A stretch of 64,000 nucleotides of DNA from a virus. The position numbers were made by a program, and so were the translations under genes. The notes under the pieces are model-generated. The model was not told the origin of the DNA, did not search any database, and worked only from the letters and a program-made list of their open reading frames with translations. The stretch covers positions 29,538-93,537 of the IMG/VR virus record IMGVR_UViG_3300022602_003048. The stretch is one strand, 5' to 3'. Position 1 is the stretch's first letter; each line of letters starts with the position of its first letter. Below are positions 57,259 through 64,000 of the stretch, piece after piece.

Positions 57259-58506
57259 TTAAGTATAGGCTTTTAATAGTATGATGTCAGTGTTCATCCT
57301 ACCGTTCATCGCCGTCTCGACACTGTTGATACCTTCATATAGCTTTCGCATCTTGGTCTTGGGCAGTGATTTTGAATCTTTGAGCAGTTCTTCGGGTTTA
57401 CGCACTGTCTTTGCCCTACTCTTGGCTTCGCTGAAATTGATGATTGAAGTACCTTTGATGCTAAGCGCAGCCTTGTCGTTAGCTACATAGCAGCCCAGTT
57501 TGCGTGTCTTGGTGTTAAACACCCAGATTTCCAAAGCCTGCAGGCAGTCTTCTGGTTTCATAGATACCAGCTTGTAGCGATCGTCGCTCAGCTTGTACTT
57601 GAGCTTGGCGATCAACTTCTCTTTGCTGGGTGCCTTCTTGGCACGGACCTTGCGGTTTACCTTTGCCTGTTGGAGGAACATATCGCAAGCAGACAAGATT
57701 TCACCCAGCGCAGTCTGCATGTTCTTTAGCTGTGCCTTTGTATAGCAGCTATAAGCTTCTACGAGCTGCGTATAAGCGTCATCTTTGATCTTAGGAGGTG
57801 CGAGCAGCTCGTCGTAGTCTTCTTTGTTATAGGCGTATTTGTCGCGGATTATACGTGCATGTGCTTGGTTGATACCATTTGACTTAAAATAGTTGATCAC
57901 ATTGAAGCTCTTTGGATCGAATCCTTCAGGATCGGTAATGAATCCTTCTAACCATTCCTCGATCGCTACTAAATGTTCGTAAGTGGCTTCTCTGATGCGC
58001 TCTTGGATAGTTGGGACATACAGTGTAGCAGACTTTTTCTCGTCTGCTTTCTTTTGGGCGAGCAGTTCTCTTCCTTCGGTAATCAAAGGCAGCAAACGTT
58101 CGTTCAGCCATTCTGACGAATCTTGGTCTTCACTTTCTGGGTGCTTTGCGGGCATTCCTCGATTGAGCATAGTAGACAATGCGCCCATAGTAGTTCCGGT
58201 CTTCCAATCGGGCATTTCTTTATAAGCACGGATATCTTCTTTAGAGTATCCATTCTTGCCCATCCATTCGATCACAGCGGGGATCATATCTTTGGCATTG
58301 TTAAAATAGTTGTAATAGTAGTGCCCACGATGCTTCTCTTTGCGGAATTTATCAAAGCTCCACTTTTCCCAGCCCGTCCATTCAGGTTCGGGTCCGGTAT
58401 ATTTCTCATCCATGAACAATGGGTTACGGGCTTTCTTGACTTTCTTAGCCCGTGGAGCCAAACTGATCTTTCCAGTGTCTTTCTTTGCTGCCTTAGCCAT
58501 GATCAT
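57259..58506 (-). CDS. conserved large-phage hypothetical protein
   Basis: 415 aa; PTIQERIRE, WVFNTKTRKL..Y, KTVRKPEE, NGRMN..ILLK; TTGACA-N16-TATAAT at 58524-58551. Confidence 0.78.
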   Translation of the reverse strand: MIMAKAAKKDTGKISLAPRAKKVKKARNPLFMDEKYTGPEPEWTGWEKWSFDKFRKEKHRGHYYYNYFNNAKDMIPAVIEWMGKNGYSKEDIRAYKEMPDWKTGTTMGALSTMLNRGMPAKHPESEDQDSSEWLNERLLPLITEGRELLAQKKADEKKSATLYVPTIQERIREATYEHLVAIEEWLEGFITDPEGFDPKSFNVINYFKSNGINQAHARIIRDKYAYNKEDYDELLAPPKIKDDAYTQLVEAYSCYTKAQLKNMQTALGEILSACDMFLQQAKVNRKVRAKKAPSKEKLIAKLKYKLSDDRYKLVSMKPEDCLQALEIWVFNTKTRKLGCYVANDKAALSIKGTSIINFSEAKSRAKTVRKPEELLKDSKSLPKTKMRKLYEGINSVETAMNGRMNTDIILLKAYT

Positions 58507-58620
58507 CTCCTCTTACTTTAGTCATTATATAGCCTTGTTTTGTTTTGTCAAGCATTACCTGCGCATATTATCCGACCCAAAATACACCTAAATATTACCA
58601 TATATTAGGAGAAACACCCT

Positions 58621-61600
58621 ATGAAACGTATAATCTGCGCACTTTTTAGTGCTTTTTTTCTTGCTGGCTTCTTTCAACCGGCTTCTGCACAGCAAGCAGT
58701 TTACAATAGCATTGCAACTGCTTATGTAACAACAACTATCAGCCAGAGCGTGGTATTCGACAGTACCATGCAACAGGGCGGAACCTTCAATTTCTCAGTG
58801 CTAGCACACAACGGCGGCGGCCGTGCAGGACAGAGCGACACTGCCAACGTGAAGATAGAATTCTATAACAGCAGTAACACACTGATAACCAGTGCAAACA
58901 CAAGTTACAGCAATAACTTGCCTAACCCAAATGCACTGGGAGGCAATCCTCAGATCGATCCTGCTGTTCCCTGGACCACTTTGACAGTGAGTTCTACACT
59001 GACAGCAGCACAGGCCGCAAACGTGGCCTATGCAAAAGTCTACATGTATGGCATCGACGGTTCATACTGGGCAGGTGATTACGGTCCCTGGTATCGTGCT
59101 CCAACATTGACACTGGGCAGCAGCAATAACCTGCTGTACAATCCAGAATTCGGTCCCTACAACGGCATCACAGCACAGGGTTGGACAAGTAGTCCAGGCT
59201 TTGGTGCTTGCCAAGGTGCATGGGGTGGTAGCAATGCCTGTATCGTAAACAGCAGTGGTCAGCCTGGTCAGAGCACTGTGGGTCTAGTAGCCAACCAGAA
59301 CGGTGGCGGACCCAGTGCCACAGGTGGAACAACCAGCGGTCAACCTGGTGGTTATAACAGCACAATGAGCACAAGTAATCCCAACGGTGCTCCTGCTGCT
59401 ACAACCAGCACCAATCCAGCTGGAACCACAACCACTTACACATTAGGTCAACCAACTGATAATGCCATCACAAACAATGGAACTATCAACGTCTCAGGTG
59501 CTAATAGTAATGGTATCAATAGCACAAATGCTGTATCAACCACTATCACCAATGCTGGAACCATCACTACAGATAACGGCACTGGTATCAATGCACAGCA
59601 AGGAACCAGCACTTCAGCCAATATCAGTGTTACTAATAGTGGTAGCATAACTGCCAACACCAGCGGCAACACACTGCTGGGCAATGGTTATTCAGCACAT
59701 GGTATCGTGACCAGTTTTAATGGCACTGGCAGCACAGGCACAGCAACAGTCACTAATACAGCAACTGGAACTATCGCTGTTACCAACGGTGACGGTGTTG
59801 TGATGATGGGCTATGGTACTACTATCCTAAACAATGCAGGTAGCATCACCAGCACACCAACTGGTACTAACAGTATGCCAGCAGTGCTCATGGGCAATAA
59901 TGCTACGATCAATAACAACGGTAGCATCACAGGCGATGTTGGTGTGGATTTCATCAACACCACAGCAGGCAGCATCATCAATAATAATGCCGCTGGCACC
60001 ATCACCGGCGGTAGCGGATTAGCTATAGTCAATTTAGGAAACACTAACACCGGTGCTATTATCAACAATGCCGGCACGATCAACGGAGATGTACAACTAT
60101 CAACTAATGGTGTTTTCAACCAGTTCCTAACTGGATCAGTTGCTGGTGCGATCCGTACCACAGATGCTAGCGCAGTAGTCAACATTGGAACCAATGCTGC
60201 TACAGCAACAACTACACTTGCTGGCAACTTAGGTGATCCTGCTAATACAGCAGCACCAGCTGGCACTTATGGTAACTTCCCAAGAGCGTTTACATTCCAA
60301 CCACTTGCGGCGGTAAACATCGGCACAGGCAGCACACTAACTGATAACACAGGCTACACTATCAATGCTACCAACGTAACAAACAATGGCACATTTGTTA
60401 GTGGCGCAGGTACAACAACTATAAATGGAGCAGTTACTAGCAACGGTAACATAAGCACTACATATAACGGTCCAGCATATAGCCAGATCGCTATAAACGG
60501 TGGACTAACACTTGGTTCACAAGCCACTTATACTCCAATAATAGTTGGTGGTCAGACCACTAATGTCACACTAAACAGTCCATACACTAGCATCATCAGT
60601 GCTACTGGTGGAATCACTGGTGCGTTTACTGCAACTAACGGCAGCATTGGCAACATCAACTGGGCACTTACACAAAATGGTAATCAAATCGATATGCTAT
60701 GGACACCTCAGGTTTATGTTACTGGAACAGCACCCGGACAGCCTATAGTAACATCAACATCAACTAATGGTAATACTGTTACAACTACTAGCGTTGCTTA
60801 TGGAACTCCTACACAGACAGCAACTATCGTAGCAGGTACTCCAACAGCTACAGTAGGTGTTGGATTTAATGCAGGCAGGAGCGGTAATGACATAAATGTA
60901 GCGAGGACTATTACAACAACTGTAAGCACTCCTTATACAACAACTGTTACTACAGATACTCCTGTGATCACAACTACTACAAATACTACTCCAGTAACAA
61001 CTGTAGTAAACACAGTTCCAACTACTGTAACTTCGTACAGCGACGGAACAACAACTACAGCTAATGGTACAGCAGTTGTAACATCAACTACTACTAACCA
61101 AGTAACAGCTACTAACGTCACTACTGATCAGATTACTAGTGTATCAACTAATGGTGTACAAGTAATATCACATCCAGAGACTAGCACACAGAAAGTTAGT
61201 GCTACTGGATTTAGCGATGCTGTAGCTGGTAGGAATGCTAATCCATTCCTAACTGATCCGCTATCACAACCAGATGGTAGCTGGTTAGGTCCATATGCTG
61301 CATATCTAAGCACTAGCGGCAGCTATACTAGCGGTGGACTAATGGGCGGACATCAGAAGACTGTAGATAACAATACTTTTGGTTTCGCATTTAGATATGG
61401 TACTGGAACAAGTGATGGATTCTTAAATAATAAAATCACTAACGAATCTTATGATGCAAATGCATATGTGCTAACCAAACAGGACTATGCTTGGTTTAAA
61501 GGTAGCATCGGTGGAGGCGTTGCTAATCATTCAGGAACTGTTTCTATACCACAGTTTGCTCTGATAAACTCCACTAAGTTCCAGCAGACAAACTACTATG

Positions 61601-61965
61601 CTGATCTAACAGTATACAGTGCTAATACATTTGGTGGTGTACGTCCATTAGTTGGTGCTACTGTAAATGCTAGCAACATAGATAATGTAACATCAACGGG
61701 TAGCAGCTTGCTAGCAACAGCACCAAACAAAGGCACAACTACTACAGTCAATCCTTATGTAGGTGCTCGTTACGACTTCACTAACAATGTTGGTGTTGAA
61801 GTACGTGCTACACAGACTAGTCAGTTTGGAACTGTAGGCAGCGTTAGAGCAGTAGCTAAAAAAGAGATAACGAAAAATGTTTATCTCGATGCTAGTGTTG
61901 GCATAGATGCTGGCTCTAAATATACAGCTGGGGTTGCGATGGTTGGTTTAAAGATCAACTTCTAA
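58621..61965 (+). CDS. autotransporter-like outer-membrane adhesin
   Basis: Signal peptide, N-x-G-x-I beta-helix repeats, Thr-rich stalk, about 270 aa beta-barrel ending GLKINF. Confidence 0.78.
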   Translation: MKRIICALFSAFFLAGFFQPASAQQAVYNSIATAYVTTTISQSVVFDSTMQQGGTFNFSVLAHNGGGRAGQSDTANVKIEFYNSSNTLITSANTSYSNNLPNPNALGGNPQIDPAVPWTTLTVSSTLTAAQAANVAYAKVYMYGIDGSYWAGDYGPWYRAPTLTLGSSNNLLYNPEFGPYNGITAQGWTSSPGFGACQGAWGGSNACIVNSSGQPGQSTVGLVANQNGGGPSATGGTTSGQPGGYNSTMSTSNPNGAPAATTSTNPAGTTTTYTLGQPTDNAITNNGTINVSGANSNGINSTNAVSTTITNAGTITTDNGTGINAQQGTSTSANISVTNSGSITANTSGNTLLGNGYSAHGIVTSFNGTGSTGTATVTNTATGTIAVTNGDGVVMMGYGTTILNNAGSITSTPTGTNSMPAVLMGNNATINNNGSITGDVGVDFINTTAGSIINNNAAGTITGGSGLAIVNLGNTNTGAIINNAGTINGDVQLSTNGVFNQFLTGSVAGAIRTTDASAVVNIGTNAATATTTLAGNLGDPANTAAPAGTYGNFPRAFTFQPLAAVNIGTGSTLTDNTGYTINATNVTNNGTFVSGAGTTTINGAVTSNGNISTTYNGPAYSQIAINGGLTLGSQATYTPIIVGGQTTNVTLNSPYTSIISATGGITGAFTATNGSIGNINWALTQNGNQIDMLWTPQVYVTGTAPGQPIVTSTSTNGNTVTTTSVAYGTPTQTATIVAGTPTATVGVGFNAGRSGNDINVARTITTTVSTPYTTTVTTDTPVITTTTNTTPVTTVVNTVPTTVTSYSDGTTTTANGTAVVTSTTTNQVTATNVTTDQITSVSTNGVQVISHPETSTQKVSATGFSDAVAGRNANPFLTDPLSQPDGSWLGPYAAYLSTSGSYTSGGLMGGHQKTVDNNTFGFAFRYGTGTSDGFLNNKITNESYDANAYVLTKQDYAWFKGSIGGGVANHSGTVSIPQFALINSTKFQQTNYYADLTVYSANTFGGVRPLVGATVNASNIDNVTSTGSSLLATAPNKGTTTTVNPYVGARYDFTNNVGVEVRATQTSQFGTVGSVRAVAKKEITKNVYLDASVGIDAGSKYTAGVAMVGLKINF

Positions 61966-61975
61966 TAGATAAGAA

Positions 61976-62001
61976 TAGAGGGCGGATAAGACCGCCCTCT
62001 A
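61976..62001. terminator. bidirectional terminator hairpin between convergent genes
   Basis: TAGAGGGCGG-ataaga-CCGCCCTCTA. Confidence 0.72.
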
Positions 62002-62012
62002 GTTATAGTCAC

Positions 62013-62192
62013 TTACTTCTTCTTTTTCTTAGCTTGCTTTGTGTGTACCTTGACAGTCTTGCACACTTCCTTACCGTGCTGTACATGGCAAACCTTCTTA
62101 GTAGAAGGTTCGGCCGCATAAGCAGGAGCAGCTGATAAGGATACGCTAGCAACAAACATCAAAGCACTTGCGATCATGAGGATCTTTTTCAT
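62013..62192 (-). CDS. small secreted basic protein (59 aa, not in ORF track)
   Basis: Manually translated MKKILMIASALMFVASVSLSAAPAYA-AEPSTKKVCHVQHGKEVCKTVKVHTKQAKKKKK; SD AAGGAAG. Confidence 0.72.
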   Translation of the reverse strand: MKKILMIASALMFVASVSLSAAPAYAAEPSTKKVCHVQHGKEVCKTVKVHTKQAKKKKK

Positions 62193-62208
62193 CTTCTCTT
62201 CCTTTTTA

Positions 62209-62283
62209 TGGTGGGCGGTGAGGGGCTCGAACCCCCGACCCTCTCGGTGTAAACGAGATGCTCTACCACTGAGCTAACCGCCC
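62209..62283 (-). tRNA. tRNA-Val(TAC)
   Basis: GGGCGGT acceptor stem, AGCTCAGTGGTAGAGC D arm, anticodon loop TTTACAC, GGTTCGA T arm, encoded CCA; 75 nt. Confidence 0.96.
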
Positions 62284-63011
62284 GTATTATTTACTGATCC
62301 GCCTTGGCCTAGTGTTAGATCTCTGCCTAGTTTCTGTTTCCTATCTTTACTAGTTCCAGTGGTGATGTTTCCAATGTCTAGCGAAGATAGATGACCGTTA
62401 GCATCTGTCCGTATCTCACCTTCGTAGAAGGTGTTGAAACTGAGGCTGACTCTGGTCTCGTTTGATTCGTTTGGATCAACTGAGTGCGAGAGGCTGCTGG
62501 GGAACAGATACAGATCGTAGGTTTTTGGAGTAAAGTAGTAGTAGTCGTAGTTGAACTGATTCCAAGTAGTGATTTGATCTCTTATCATAGCTCTCTGCCC
62601 ATCGGCTCGGTGCACGTTGAAGTTGCCACTCCTCTCATTAGTACGCAGATAAAAGACACCACTTACTATGCTGTTGGGATGTACGTGCTTGTGATGCGCC
62701 GTCTTGGGGGGATTAAAATTTACCCAAGAAAGATGCATCCTCAGTTTTGATTCTCCCTCGCCCAATATTTGTTTGGCGAAATAATCAACATGCAGTTTTA
62801 TTGTCTTCTCTAGGCTAGATCCTGTCTTCAAAATCTTGTTGAACACGTCATTTTCTCTAGTGAAGAAATTCTGCCTCTCGTTTATCAAGAGATTATCTTT
62901 ATCATTTTCTAGCTTCATCAGTTTCTTGATGTCAGCTGATTTGATGTACTCGGATAGATTGATTATATAAAAGGGTGTTGGGAATAAGGTCAGTACTTGT
63001 GCTTCTGTCAT
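62274..63011 (-). CDS. putative 2OG-Fe(II) oxygenase (TIGR02466-like)
   Basis: LFPTP, SWVN, H.HPNS.VSGVFYL, LFPSSL.HSV.PN, RVSLSFN. Confidence 0.85.
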   Translation of the reverse strand: MTEAQVLTLFPTPFYIINLSEYIKSADIKKLMKLENDKDNLLINERQNFFTRENDVFNKILKTGSSLEKTIKLHVDYFAKQILGEGESKLRMHLSWVNFNPPKTAHHKHVHPNSIVSGVFYLRTNERSGNFNVHRADGQRAMIRDQITTWNQFNYDYYYFTPKTYDLYLFPSSLSHSVDPNESNETRVSLSFNTFYEGEIRTDANGHLSSLDIGNITTGTSKDRKQKLGRDLTLGQGGSVNNTGG

Positions 63012-63017
63012 GTTTTT

Positions 63018-63046
63018 ATACTATACGATATGATCAACGAAGTCAA
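63018..63046 (-). promoter_or_regulatory. sigma70-type promoter, leaderless transcript
   Basis: TTGACT-N17-TAGTAT-N6-ATG. Confidence 0.6.
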
Positions 63047-63047
63047 G

Positions 63048-63076
63048 GAAAATGGCGGATTTTTTCCGCCATTTTC
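63048..63076 (-). terminator. terminator hairpin
   Basis: GAAAATGGCGGA-ttttt-TCCGCCATTTTC downstream of the porin-like gene. Confidence 0.7.
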
Positions 63077-63095
63077 AATGATGAATACTTAGGGA

Positions 63096-63743
63096 TTAGA
63101 ACTTTGCAGTTAGACCAACTTCAAAGGCATCGCCTGTTGCATTGAAGTTAGTTGAAGTGTCAAAGCTACGATATACCTGTGCGTTTACGCTGTAAACTGG
63201 AGTGATATCGTAGGTTACGCCAGTACCTAAACGGTGGCTCTGATATCCATAAGATGAAGTATCAAATGCGCTACGATAGCGATACTGCACAGCGTTCCAT
63301 GTTAGCTTGTCCATTGCCTTGTAGTCTGCTGAACCATATACAGCAAAGTATGGGAAGTTGCCTGTTGAAACGAAACGCTCACCGACACCTACCTTGCCTC
63401 CGAGCGTGACACCGTAGAATGCAGGCAGCTTATAACCAGCCTGTGCTTCTAGATTCTGCTTTAGAGCATTACCAGTATCTTGTGTGGTCTGTGCTACACC
63501 GCCAACGCTGAATCCATTGCCGATGTTGTGTGAATATGAGAGCTTATATACGTCGTCAACCTTTGCGCCAAAATTATTGTCTAAATCCTGGCCGTATGCA
63601 GCAGTCAAGCTGTCATTGCCTGTTGAAGCTGTTGCATCAGCAACTGGAGCAGCTGGTGCCTTGGTCTTGCTTGGCAGATCCGTTGCCGCTGCTGCTGTGA
63701 TCATCGCTACAGATGCCAACAGCGTTACTAGTGTCTTCTTCAT
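63096..63743 (-). CDS. outer-membrane beta-barrel (porin-like) protein
   Basis: Signal peptide, TDLPSKTKAP motif, alternating beta strands, C-terminal Phe; TATAAATA at 63768-63775 and TTGACA at 63793-63798. Confidence 0.8.
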   Translation of the reverse strand: MKKTLVTLLASVAMITAAAATDLPSKTKAPAAPVADATASTGNDSLTAAYGQDLDNNFGAKVDDVYKLSYSHNIGNGFSVGGVAQTTQDTGNALKQNLEAQAGYKLPAFYGVTLGGKVGVGERFVSTGNFPYFAVYGSADYKAMDKLTWNAVQYRYRSAFDTSSYGYQSHRLGTGVTYDITPVYSVNAQVYRSFDTSTNFNATGDAFEVGLTAKF

Positions 63744-63827
63744 TACTTTCTCCTTTAATTTAGATTGTATTTATAACATGTTATACCTGACATGTCAAAT
63801 TTATTCTAGTCCATCTCGTGATAAAAA

Positions 63828-64000
63828 TTAGATATTATTGCTAATTCTTTATCTATGTCCAAAGAATCTATCCATTCCTTCTTAAAATCCTTGGGCAAGC
63901 AAAAGTAGAATCTCTTTCTCAGTTTCTTCTGTTGCTTATACCAAGCGGTATTAGATACGTATTGTATATAGTTGAAAACCAAAGCAATCGGTATATTAGG
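63828..64000 (-). CDS. hypothetical protein, partial C-terminus
   Basis: Open frame ...KKLRKRFYFCLPKDFKKEWIDSLDIDKRISNNI-stop entering from window end. Confidence 0.45.

Noticed and set aside
1-64000. Alternative genetic code (stop codon reassignment), as in some large phages
   Set aside because: Conserved genes are full length in the standard code, and TAA, TGA and TAG all terminate tightly packed genes
1-64000. CRISPR array, rRNA, integrase, reverse transcriptase/DGR
   Set aside because: No regularly spaced nucleotide repeats or corresponding protein motifs seen; the repeats present are coding repeats in fibres

Overview
A 64 kb segment of a large lytic tailed phage (T4-like/jumbo myovirus), standard genetic code, almost all genes on the minus strand. 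An alphaproteobacterial host is suggested by a Rhizobiales-style outer-membrane protein and many leaderless genes (inference). Blocks in order: (1) 5'-3' exonuclease plus a 7-deazaguanine DNA-modification cluster (queE, PRTase, folE, glycosyltransferase, QueD-paralog/DpdL-like, DpdA/TGT-like), with queD about 47 kb beyond the cluster; (2) sliding clamp, PolB and a DsbA-like protein; (3) a 10 kb late cluster of proteins sharing a capsid-targeting-like N-terminus and built of Glu-delimited shuffled modules, including a HiPIP module, a ligase-fold protein, a HIGH nucleotidyltransferase and a HAD nucleotidase; (4) tail fibre and baseplate genes; (5) ClpA, peptide deformylase, DnaJ, PhoH, clamp loader, MazG-like, GroES and a DnaE fragment; (6) IscA, UvdE, MBD4-like glycosylase, GIY-YIG endonuclease, queD; (7) autotransporter-like and porin-like envelope proteins, a 2OG-Fe(II) oxygenase and tRNA-Val. 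Main candidates for new biology: a capsid-packaged, protease-processed modular cargo polyprotein system; a possibly glycosylated deazaguanine modification; and structured SD-sequestering RNA leaders in front of folE, queD and polB. All family assignments come from motif recognition by eye; no searches were run.
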